Of a DNA stretch of 64,000 bases, positions 1 through 8,120 are shown one piece after another. The position numbers were made by a program, and so were the translations under genes. A model generated the notes under the pieces. The model did not search any database. It was not told where the DNA came from and was given only the letters and a program-made list of their open reading frames with translations. The DNA is from Thermoflexales bacterium (GTDB lineage: Bacteria > Chloroflexota > Anaerolineae > Fen-1058): NCBI GenBank assembly GCA_034434835.1, contig DAOTXX010000064.1, positions 3,402 to 67,401 of the forward strand, in the 5' to 3' direction. The number at the start of each line of letters is the position of its first letter. Position 1 is the first letter of the stretch.

Positions 1-12
1 CGGCGCACACCC

Positions 13-1104
13 ATGTCCCTCCATCAAGCCCGGTGGATCGTCAAGACGACAGCGCTCCTGGCCGTTGTCGTTCTGGTGATGGCTTTTCAGATCAAGCCGG
101 CGGCCGCGCCTGCGCCTGAAGGGGTGACCTCGCTGGTGTCGTTTGCGCTTCTCCCTTTGCCCGTTGACCGGCCGGAAGCTGCCGAGGCGGCCTCCGCAGA
201 GCCAATCACAACTGACCCGGTACCCACGCCGATGCCCGCTGTGCCCACACCCACACCGACGGCTGTGCTTGCCACGCCTGCGCCGACCCCCACCGAGCCA
301 CCGGATGCGCTCGTCCCGCGCCGGGTGAGCGCAAGTCGAACGACGCCGGTCCCGAATCTCATGCAGCCAACGGCGGTGCCTTTTTTCCCGCCTGCGCCCG
401 ATGGCACGTTGCGCGTCGCCCGTGTGCCGATCTTGATGTATCACTATATCTCGGAACCGCCGCCCGGCTCGGATCAACTCCGCCACTCGCTTTCGGTCGC
501 GCCCGCCAATCTGGACGCGCAGATGCACTATTTGAAACAGGCAGGCTACCAAACGATCACGCTGTACGACCTGTACGATCATCTGGCCCAGGGCAAGCCA
601 TTGCCCGACAAACCGATCGTCCTCACCTTCGACGATGGTTATGAGGACGCCTTTACCAACGCGATGCCGATCCTCCTCAAGTACGGTTTTGTGGGGACGT
701 TCTTTGTCTTGACCGGGCCGGCCGATCGGGACGGGGCCGGGGCGTATCTCACCTGGAAGCAGATCGCGGCGATGAGCGCGGCCGGGATGGACATGGAACT
801 GCACGGCCGCGAGCACGTGGACCTGCGCAATCGCTCTTTCGAGTTCCTGGTTCATCAGACGGCGGGGGGCCGAGAGTCCATCGAAGCGCACACGGGCAAG
901 CCGGTGCGATGGTTTGCGTACCCTTCGGGACGCTACGATGCTGCTGTGGTGCGCGTGCTAAAATCGGCCGGGTTCTGGGGCGCGGTGACGACCCTGCCGG
1001 GTCAAACCCATACGATGGACGGGTTGTTTGACCTGGAGCGTGTGCGCATCAGCGGATCGAACAGCCTGGAGATGTTCAAAAAAGCCATCAAGGGCAATGA
1101 GTAA
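13..1104 (+). CDS. Polysaccharide deacetylase (NodB-type) with N-terminal TM helix and Pro/Thr-rich linker
   Basis: TM segment, PT-rich linker, then NodB motifs (TFDDGYED..., HGREH, YPSGRYD) typical of carbohydrate esterase family 4. Confidence 0.7.
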   Translation: MSLHQARWIVKTTALLAVVVLVMAFQIKPAAAPAPEGVTSLVSFALLPLPVDRPEAAEAASAEPITTDPVPTPMPAVPTPTPTAVLATPAPTPTEPPDALVPRRVSASRTTPVPNLMQPTAVPFFPPAPDGTLRVARVPILMYHYISEPPPGSDQLRHSLSVAPANLDAQMHYLKQAGYQTITLYDLYDHLAQGKPLPDKPIVLTFDDGYEDAFTNAMPILLKYGFVGTFFVLTGPADRDGAGAYLTWKQIAAMSAAGMDMELHGREHVDLRNRSFEFLVHQTAGGRESIEAHTGKPVRWFAYPSGRYDAAVVRVLKSAGFWGAVTTLPGQTHTMDGLFDLERVRISGSNSLEMFKKAIKGNE

Positions 1105-1135
1105 GAAACCCGTTTTCTCCGAGAAAACGGGTTTC
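1105..1135 (+). terminator. Stem-loop GAAACCCGTTTTCTCCGAGAAAACGGGTTTC 3' of deacetylase gene (putative terminator, weak U-tract)
   Basis: Perfect 13-bp stem seen directly; near-identical hairpin recurs at 22639-22683. Confidence 0.45.
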
Positions 1136-1245
1136 TCCCCCCAATTCATCCTCCGATTTGCGACATCACCCGTTTGGACGGGATGACATTCTCCGGCAGC
1201 CCATGTCCCCAGGGCTTGCGAAAGATCAGTTCTCTCATCCGCTGC

Positions 1246-1452
1246 TCAAGCTCCTCGCACAATATCAAGCAGCCCAGGGCGCACCGTCGGCTCACCGCCG
1301 GTCAATCGGATCTTGTCAAAGCCCAATTCGTGTGCGGCGCACACGATAGCGAGGATTTCATTGGCGGTGAGCGACTCTTGGTGTGGCGTAAAGCGCATCC
1401 CCTCCGGCATACAGTAAACGGGGTGGTGGTCGCGCCATCTGAACAGGCGCAC
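1246..1452 (-). pseudogene. moaA: Relic of moaA (molybdenum cofactor biosynthesis radical-SAM protein), about 60 codons only
   Basis: Translation VYCMPEGMRF...LTANEILAIV...FDKIRLTGGEPTVRPGLLDIV aligns with MoaA residues about 25-85; no room for the remaining ~250 residues; bounded by deacetylase gene and a MITE. Confidence 0.55.
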
Positions 1453-1483
1453 GGCTTTGGGCTGGCGCGAGGCCGGCCCTACT

Positions 1484-1668
1484 TTTTCAATTGGGTGTGG
1501 CTAAAATCGGTTGAGACGCGCCAGTGTCATTGCACAGTGTCATTCTGAGCGCCCGAAGGGCGCGAAGAATCTCGTTTGCGTGGGTCTGAGACCCCTCGCC
1601 TGCCTTCGGCAGGCTCAGGGTGACAAATTGGATCAACCAGATTTAGCCACACCCTTTTCAATTTGACA
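1484..1668. mobile_element. MITE-like non-autonomous element, copy 1 (TIR TTTTCAATTGGGTGTGGCTAAAATCGGTTGA / inverted at other end)
   Basis: About 30-bp terminal inverted repeats; internal conserved core TGTCATTCTGAGCGCCCGAA...GCGCGAAGAATCTCG with nested hairpins; second copy at 41412-41614. Confidence 0.6.
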
Positions 1669-1669
1669 T

Positions 1670-2500
1670 TTGATCTTTGACCGGGTACACTGCCTGACGA
1701 TGAACGGCCATATCTGGCTCGCGCTCGGGCTTGGGGGATTGGCCTACCTGGCCTATCGGGGCGCGCCCATTTGGATAGATAGCGGTCGGCGCGGCGCGCG
1801 ACCATCGCACCGATTGCGTTGGGCGCTCACCGGGATCGTTGCGCCGTCCCGCTACTGGTGGGGAGCGCGCATCGAAATGATGCCATCACAGGAACAGGCC
1901 GACCTGCTTGCACATGAAACTGCTATGCTGGGCCTGACTCGCGCCGATAGCCTGCACTGTCCTCTCTGCGGCGCAGAGGTAATGAACGCCTGGACGCTGG
2001 GCGCGGATGGTCGGCCGACCGTCGCGCCCGGCCCGCTCCAATGCCCGCAGTGCGATTTTCGACTCGACGCCTGCCGCCACTGTGTGCACTTTCTGCCCGG
2101 CTCGGCGACGACCAGCGGCTTGACGCTGCGAGGCGACGAAATGACTTTTGGCCGCTGTAGATTTTACAAGACGCCACAGCCGGTCGAGCGGATCACCACG
2201 CCTGAGATGGCCCGGCGTCTGAAGGCGAGCGGTTACGAGACGATCAACTCGCCGCTGCCGATCGTGGACAGTTACATGCCGCCAGACTTTTGCCGCGCCT
2301 TTCAGCCGGAACGAAAGCGGATCAAAGAGAGCCATGTCCGCTGGCCCGACGCTCGCCGCGCAGCGTTGCTGCGATTGCTTCGCGGGAGGGACGCCTCCCT
2401 TCTCCCACTAGGAGAAGGGCCGGGGATGAGGGAGAACGACACACCCTCAGAAAAAACATCGCCCGAGGAACCCTCGGGCGACGAGCAGTGGTTGATGTAA
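1670..2500 (+). CDS. Hypothetical membrane-anchored protein with Cys-rich (zinc-ribbon-like) cytoplasmic region
   Basis: N-terminal hydrophobic helix (alternative start at 1700), CPLCG...CPQCD...CRHC motifs; convergent with CHAT gene. Confidence 0.4.
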   Translation: MIFDRVHCLTMNGHIWLALGLGGLAYLAYRGAPIWIDSGRRGARPSHRLRWALTGIVAPSRYWWGARIEMMPSQEQADLLAHETAMLGLTRADSLHCPLCGAEVMNAWTLGADGRPTVAPGPLQCPQCDFRLDACRHCVHFLPGSATTSGLTLRGDEMTFGRCRFYKTPQPVERITTPEMARRLKASGYETINSPLPIVDSYMPPDFCRAFQPERKRIKESHVRWPDARRAALLRLLRGRDASLLPLGEGPGMRENDTPSEKTSPEEPSGDEQWLM

Positions 2501-5131
2501 TCACATCACTAGCTTCAAATCCGCGTAACAGTACGGCGTATAGACCAACCCCAGCACGTTGCGCTTGAGCAAAAGCTGCCAGCGCAGCTTTTGAATGGCT
2601 TTGCCAATTGGCTCGCCATTCAGAAACGCCTGGATCAACCCCTGCCCGAACTCGACGGCCAGCGGCTCAAAGACGGTGACCTCGGTGCCGATGATGCCTG
2701 ATGCCCCTGCCGCGCCAAACTCGGGCAGGAAATTCGAGAGCGCCTCCGGCGTGAACTCGACTGTGTGACAGCCATTGATGAACACAAGCGGGCGCACGTT
2801 GTTGAATCGCCAATGGTCTTCCAGCCCCAACCCGGAAAGATTCGACGGCACCAACTGATCGCCTTTGCCCACTGTCAGCCAGGGCTTTTTGCCGTCGGGC
2901 GTCGAGCCGCCGTGACAGTAAAAGTAACACAACTGCTGCGCTTGCTTCAGGCCCCCGTAAACTTTTTCCAGCTCGTCGGCCACGCTCGCCTCGCCATTCT
3001 TTTGCTTGATCTGCTTGACGATCCATTCTTGATGTGCCAGTCGGAGCTTGAAATCCTCGCCCACGTACACGTGGATCGTCACCTTAGGATGACCGCCGGC
3101 CTTGATTTCGCGCACGATCGAGGTCGGCTTGCCATCTTTTTTGATCACGCTCAACGGCTGCTCGACAATGTGCCGAAAGCCCCAAAAGCCTGCGAGGCAA
3201 ATCACGTTCGGGTCGTCGCCGTGCGAGCAGTGCACGCAGGAGGCCAGTCCCTCTTCTGGCGTCTTGAACTTGAGCGGCTCCAGACACACTTGATTCTTGT
3301 CACGATCGATCATCAAGCGCCGATCATAGATGCCATCCCATGGAAAGACAAAATCGCTCGAAAGCCGCGCGATTTGAATGACCGCCGAGGGCGTATCGGC
3401 GAGCGCCTGCCGCAGCTCGCGCGTCAAGTCAATCGTCTCTTCTCGATAGAACACGCTGCGGAACAGCGCGTTCCCCACATAAGCCAGCGTCTTGAGATCG
3501 TGGACGAATTGCTCCTGGCTGCCGGAATTGTCCGCGCCAAAGCGATAGCCTTCGTCGTCCCTGACGATGCCGAGCAGCCTGGCGCGGAACTCGGTGACGG
3601 CTTCTTTCATCTTGTCGCGGCCCACGTCGAGCGCGCCTTCGGTCTGCGTGCCGACCACGCCGATCATGTGCGTGCCATCCGGGTTGTCGTTGACCAAGAC
3701 GTTCACGCGGCGCTCTTGCAACTGCATGATGTCGGCCCAATCCTCGCTCAAGCTGTACTCGATCTCGGCCCAATTGCCGCGCTCGCCCCGGCCCAGCTTG
3801 CGCTCTTGCTCGTTTACCCGCGCGTGGAGCAGGATGGACTGGACGAGGTTGTTCTGGTAATAGAGGCCGATCCTCAAGCGAGCCTCCCGGGTCACCTCAC
3901 GGGGCGTGACCGCCAGGTGCAGTCGCCGGGTGGCTCCCGTTCTGAACAAACGCAATTCAGCCGTGTCTTGTTCAATGTCAAAATCGCGGCTGAACAGTTT
4001 GACCCGCAGGAGCAGACCTTGATCCGGGATAGGCGGCAGGTCAGGGTCAATCGGGCGCGGGGCGACGATGATGCTTTCGCGCAAGAGCGGCCCGATGTGC
4101 AGTTGCGCCCGGTAACGTTGCCCACGAGCCAGGGTGCGCTCGCGGATGAACGCTTCGCCGTCCTCCTGGTCGGTGAACCAGGTGTTGACGTAGCGTGCCC
4201 GCGCGTGGGTTTTCTCCAGCGTGGACGCCGAAACCTCTGGTGATTCATCGGCGGCCCGGGGGGAAGATGGAATTTCACGCGTGCGCGCCTGGTTCGCAAG
4301 CCTCTCATACGCTTGTCGAGTGCTGGTCAAGTCCATGCGCCAAGTCTCGTAGACTAGCGCAGGCAGGTTATCTTCTAGCGCCAACACAAGTTGCTGGATT
4401 TTGCCCGGGGCGCTCACGTCACTTGCAGGCATAGTGTTGATCGTGGGAATGGTGAGCGAATGTAGCGGCATTGCCAGCGGATCGGGCGCGCTCAGGCTCA
4501 CAACCTCCTGAGCCAACTGGCCCGCCTGGATCGCGCCATAGCGATCGGGATAGCGCACGATCACATACCAGTTTTCGTTGCCCTTGACCTCGCGCAGTGT
4601 GTCGAACACATCTCGGATAGTTCGGGTCGCAGACACGACGACGAAATCAGTGGTAGGGATCGCGGCAGTCGCCGCGGCGGCCGCCAGTTGCTCAAAAGCC
4701 GCTTTGGCATTTTGAAAATCCAAGATGGAAGGACGCAGTTGCTCAAATGCTATGGCGACTGGCCTGTCGCCTTCCAAGACTAGCGTGAGTGGGCGAATCT
4801 GATCCAGGCTGCCGGACGAACTCGGCACAGTGTTGATGGCAGGAATAGCCAACTCGCGCAGCGTCACGCCGAGCGCAGCCTGAATGCCCCGGCTGATGAC
4901 CATTTGCGCCAGCTTGCCCGCCGAGAGGCCGCCATAATGATCCGCGTACTGGACAATGACGCACCACCCGGAATTTGCCTGGGCGTCGGTCAGCCTGCGG
5001 AACACGTCGCCTACCGTCTCGGTTTCGGAAACGATGATGAAATCGCGCGAGAGCATTGCGTGCCACCCTAGCAGCTTGTCGGAGAGCAGGCTGGCCTCCC
5101 TATGCCAGCCCCTTGAAAACCGCCGACGCAT
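2501..5131 (-). CDS. Large CHAT-domain (caspase-like) protease with two N-terminal CBS-like repeats
   Basis: C-terminus has His (YFYCHGG) and Cys (LVFINGCHT) dyad, GASGIIGTEV...AFLNGEPIGKAIQKLR and terminal LGLVYTPYC, matching CHAT. Two ~110-aa N-terminal repeats (FIIVSETETVGDVF...VIVQYADHYGGLSAGKLAQ / FVVVSATRTIRDVF...VIVRYPDRYGAIQAGQLAQ) resemble CBS modules. Confidence 0.7.
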   Translation of the reverse strand: MRRRFSRGWHREASLLSDKLLGWHAMLSRDFIIVSETETVGDVFRRLTDAQANSGWCVIVQYADHYGGLSAGKLAQMVISRGIQAALGVTLRELAIPAINTVPSSSGSLDQIRPLTLVLEGDRPVAIAFEQLRPSILDFQNAKAAFEQLAAAAATAAIPTTDFVVVSATRTIRDVFDTLREVKGNENWYVIVRYPDRYGAIQAGQLAQEVVSLSAPDPLAMPLHSLTIPTINTMPASDVSAPGKIQQLVLALEDNLPALVYETWRMDLTSTRQAYERLANQARTREIPSSPRAADESPEVSASTLEKTHARARYVNTWFTDQEDGEAFIRERTLARGQRYRAQLHIGPLLRESIIVAPRPIDPDLPPIPDQGLLLRVKLFSRDFDIEQDTAELRLFRTGATRRLHLAVTPREVTREARLRIGLYYQNNLVQSILLHARVNEQERKLGRGERGNWAEIEYSLSEDWADIMQLQERRVNVLVNDNPDGTHMIGVVGTQTEGALDVGRDKMKEAVTEFRARLLGIVRDDEGYRFGADNSGSQEQFVHDLKTLAYVGNALFRSVFYREETIDLTRELRQALADTPSAVIQIARLSSDFVFPWDGIYDRRLMIDRDKNQVCLEPLKFKTPEEGLASCVHCSHGDDPNVICLAGFWGFRHIVEQPLSVIKKDGKPTSIVREIKAGGHPKVTIHVYVGEDFKLRLAHQEWIVKQIKQKNGEASVADELEKVYGGLKQAQQLCYFYCHGGSTPDGKKPWLTVGKGDQLVPSNLSGLGLEDHWRFNNVRPLVFINGCHTVEFTPEALSNFLPEFGAAGASGIIGTEVTVFEPLAVEFGQGLIQAFLNGEPIGKAIQKLRWQLLLKRNVLGLVYTPYCYADLKLVM

Positions 5132-5218
5132 CGGGATGCGTCGGCCACTCCGACAGGCTGCTAGTTTTCGGATAGGCTCTTGGCCTTATGAGCAATGGAC
5201 AAGCCGCCCAAGACACGA

Positions 5219-5638
5219 TCACTCTTCAGGGCTGCGGGGCCTCTTGTCACCAACCGCCGGGCGCGAGGCTGGCGATGAGCCGCCATCTTCTGGGCTGGTG
5301 CCAGTCCCCTCCATCGCGCCGCCGGTATCCAGACCCTGCGGATTGAACATGGCATTGAGCACCTTTTTCGGTGCTTTCCAGAGGAGCAGCACAAAAATGA
5401 TATAGTACAGGAAAAAGCCAATCGCCAGACCGATACCGTAATAACCAAACATGGTTTGTTTGGTCTCGACCACTGGCGCGGGGAACACGGCCAACACCGC
5501 CGGGCCGACGAGCGCCGAGATGATCACGGTGATGTCAGCCAGCGTGCGCTCTTTGGTGTTCTTGCGCATGGTATAATAGGTTACCCAGCCGATCACCATG
5601 CCAAAGCCGACTGAGCCGAGAGCAAGTGAAGTCTCCAT
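5219..5638 (-). CDS. Small polytopic membrane protein with Gly/Ser/Pro/Glu-rich C-terminal tail
   Basis: 3-4 predicted TM helices; paralogous to next gene. Confidence 0.5.
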   Translation of the reverse strand: METSLALGSVGFGMVIGWVTYYTMRKNTKERTLADITVIISALVGPAVLAVFPAPVVETKQTMFGYYGIGLAIGFFLYYIIFVLLLWKAPKKVLNAMFNPQGLDTGGAMEGTGTSPEDGGSSPASRPAVGDKRPRSPEE

Positions 5639-5641
5639 CGT

Positions 5642-5905
5642 TCATCTCCTGGGGGAAAAGTGATGGGCGCGACGCCACGGCGCCGAGATCAGCGTCAGAC
5701 CATACAGCGCTACGCCGACGATCAAACCGACGCCATAAAGCACCAGTCCCACCTGGCCCGTGAATACGGATTGGACTGCCGCGCCCAATAGCACGCCCAG
5801 CGCAGCCTTGAACTCGCGCCAGCCGGGCCGGCTGTGGTGAGTCAGGTAAGCTATGATCCAGCCCAAGACCGATCCAAAGCTCAACGCACCGCACAAAACG
5901 ATCAT
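5642..5905 (-). CDS. Small membrane protein, paralogue of 5219-5638 (start trimmed to MIVLCGALSF)
   Basis: LSFGSVLGWIIAYL / VLYGVGLIVGVALYGL align with LGSVGFGMVIGWVTYY / FGYYGIGLAIGFFLYY of neighbour. Confidence 0.45.
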   Translation of the reverse strand: MIVLCGALSFGSVLGWIIAYLTHHSRPGWREFKAALGVLLGAAVQSVFTGQVGLVLYGVGLIVGVALYGLTLISAPWRRAHHFSPRR

Positions 5906-5946
5906 ACGCAAAAGTATAGCCCGGACACGATTGAGACGCAAGTCAT

Positions 5947-6315
5947 ATGAACCGCCGCGAGTTTGAGCGCCTGGTCGCGCAAGCGTTGGACGACCTGCCC
6001 GACACTCTGAGGGATCGCCTCGACAATGTCGAGATCGTCGTGGAGCCATACGCCGACCCCGAGACCTTGCGCCAGGCCGGGGTCCGTCATCCGATGGAAC
6101 TGCTCGGGTTTTATCACGGTGTTCCGCTGACTGACCGCGGCCAGGGTTACACGCTCGTCTTGCCAGACAAGATCAGCATCTACCAGTTGCCCATCGAGCG
6201 CGCCTGCCGCACACCGGAGGCGATCCGCGCGCAGGTGCGCCGGACCGTGATGCACGAACTGGCCCACCACTTTGGCCTGGACGACGATCAATTGCATGAA
6301 CTCGATGCGTATTGA
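5947..6315 (+). CDS. Minimal zincin-like metallopeptidase family protein (HExxH)
   Basis: About 120 aa, HELAHHFG motif; resembles the Zincin_1 family of small putative metallopeptidases. Confidence 0.6.
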   Translation: MNRREFERLVAQALDDLPDTLRDRLDNVEIVVEPYADPETLRQAGVRHPMELLGFYHGVPLTDRGQGYTLVLPDKISIYQLPIERACRTPEAIRAQVRRTVMHELAHHFGLDDDQLHELDAY

Positions 6316-6713
6316 ATCACGGATTTCTCACGGCTTGCACAGATGGGCAAACATTCCGCCAAGGCAAGTTAGCGCAATAGGTCAAGTGGCGCCAAGAAAA
6401 CGCAACTGTTCAACCGTCATTGCGAGGAGGCCCGCGGAGCGGACCGACGGCGCTGGTTACAGCGCGCAATCTCCTATCCGCGTGGAGATTGCTTTGCGCC
6501 TCTGCAGGGCGCTCGCAGCCCTGACACCGCCCGCCAGAGCAATTGTGACAGCCCACGTGGTATACGGAGCGCACTTGGATTTTGTGAATTGGCCCGTAGT
6601 GACGACTTTAGTTGTCCAGGTTGGCAAGCGACTCAAGTCGCTACTACGAGCCGCTGAAATTCACAGATCTGAAAGGCGATCAGTATAGACCAAGCTGAAT
6701 AGAAAACAAGGAG

Positions 6714-8072
6714 ATGAGCATGGACAAGTTTGAAGCGTATGTGGAAGCGAATCGCGATCGGTTCATCGCCGAGCTGCAGGCTTTTTGCCGCCAGCCCAGC
6801 GTGGCCGCGCAGAATTGGGGCATGCGCGAGATGGCCGACTTGGTGCTGACGCGACTCGAGAAACTGGGCGCAGACGCGCGCATCATCCCGGTCGAGGGCG
6901 GCGCGCCGGTCGTCTATGGCGAGATCGGCAGCGGCCCGCGCACGCTGATGATTTACGATCACTATGACGTGCAGCCGCCGGAGCCGCTCGAGCTTTGGGA
7001 GACCGGTCCATGGGAAGCAGCCATTCGCGATGGGAAAATCTTTGCACGCGGCGTGGCCGACAACAAGGGCGATCTGTTGTGCCGCATCCAGGCGATCGAA
7101 ACGTACCTGGCGACGATCGGGCCGCTGCCGCTCAAGATCAAATTCGTCTACGAAGGCGAAGAAGAGATCGGCAGTATCCATCTGCCGCAGTTTGTCAAGG
7201 AGAACCACCAACTCTTGCAAGGGGTAGATGGCTGTCTGTGGGAATTTGGCGGCAAGGATATTAACGAGCGATTCCAACTCACCTGCGGACTCAAGGGCAT
7301 TGTCTATGTCGAATTGCATGCGCACGGGGCGAATCGCGATCTGCACTCGGCGTTGGCCGCGATCGTCGTGGACCCGGCGTGGCGGCTGACGTGGGCACTG
7401 GCGACGTTGAAGGACGAGAGCGACAACATCCTGATTGATAATTTCATGAGCCATGTCCGCCCGCCCACTGAGGCCGAGAGGGAGACACTCAAGCACATCC
7501 CATTTGACGAAGAGAAGGAAAAGGCCGATTTCGGCATCCCGGCCTTTATCCGTAACTTGACTGGCCTCGAATTGCTCGAAAAGTATCTCTACGAGCCGAC
7601 CTGCACGATCTGCGGCCTGTATTCGGGTTACATTGGTCAAGGCTCCAAGACTGTGTTGCCGAATCACGCCTTTGCCAAGATTGATTTCCGCCTGGTCCCT
7701 AACCTCACGCCCGACCTGGTCGTTGACCTGTTGAAGAAACATCTGGGGCGGCGCGGTTTTAGCGACATTGAGGTGAGCATGACCGAGACCGGCGAAGAGG
7801 TCGCGCGCTCGTCGCTCGACTCGCCCATCGTCCGCGCCGCGGTCGAAGCAGCCCAAGCCGTGTACCCCAGCGCGCCGGTGATCAACCCGACTTCAGCGGG
7901 GAGCGGGCCAATGTACCCGCTGTGCCAGGCGTTGGGGATCCCGGCGGTGAGCGCAGGCTGCGGCTGGCATGGCGCGCGCGGACATGCGCCCAATGAGAGC
8001 ATCCGCCTCGCAGATTACTTTCAGTGCATGTCCTTTATCCGCGAGCTGATCGATCACTTTGCGAGGATGTAG
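6714..8072 (+). CDS. M20 family metallopeptidase (ArgE/DapE/CPG2-like)
   Basis: HYDVQP, GVADNKGD, EGEEEIGS metal-binding motifs of M20 dipeptidases/deacylases. Confidence 0.8.
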   Translation: MSMDKFEAYVEANRDRFIAELQAFCRQPSVAAQNWGMREMADLVLTRLEKLGADARIIPVEGGAPVVYGEIGSGPRTLMIYDHYDVQPPEPLELWETGPWEAAIRDGKIFARGVADNKGDLLCRIQAIETYLATIGPLPLKIKFVYEGEEEIGSIHLPQFVKENHQLLQGVDGCLWEFGGKDINERFQLTCGLKGIVYVELHAHGANRDLHSALAAIVVDPAWRLTWALATLKDESDNILIDNFMSHVRPPTEAERETLKHIPFDEEKEKADFGIPAFIRNLTGLELLEKYLYEPTCTICGLYSGYIGQGSKTVLPNHAFAKIDFRLVPNLTPDLVVDLLKKHLGRRGFSDIEVSMTETGEEVARSSLDSPIVRAAVEAAQAVYPSAPVINPTSAGSGPMYPLCQALGIPAVSAGCGWHGARGHAPNESIRLADYFQCMSFIRELIDHFARM

Positions 8073-8120
8073 ATCAAAGCTTCCCACAGGCCCGGTGCCT
8101 ACGGGAAGCGCAATGAATCA

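Noticed and set aside
1174-1548. 124-aa ORF overlapping the moaA relic and MITE
   Set aside because: Runs through the inverted-repeat element; no motif; opposite-strand frame carries the MoaA similarity.
2765-4243. 492-aa ORF antisense to the CHAT gene. Similar long antisense ORFs at 6633-7856, 12477-13433, 15101-15949, 16048-16785, 19124-20017, 43794-44684, 44706-45542, 48914-50062, 54429-55541, 60393-61070 and 62415-63134.
   Set aside because: Typical stop-codon-poor antisense frames of high-GC DNA. Each lies wholly inside a well-supported gene on the other strand, and their translations are Arg/Ala-rich low complexity.
6272-6688. 138-aa ORF in the long spacer before the M20 peptidase gene
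   Set aside because: No RBS, starts inside the previous gene, and the region looks structured and non-coding. Kept only as candidate ncRNA region.
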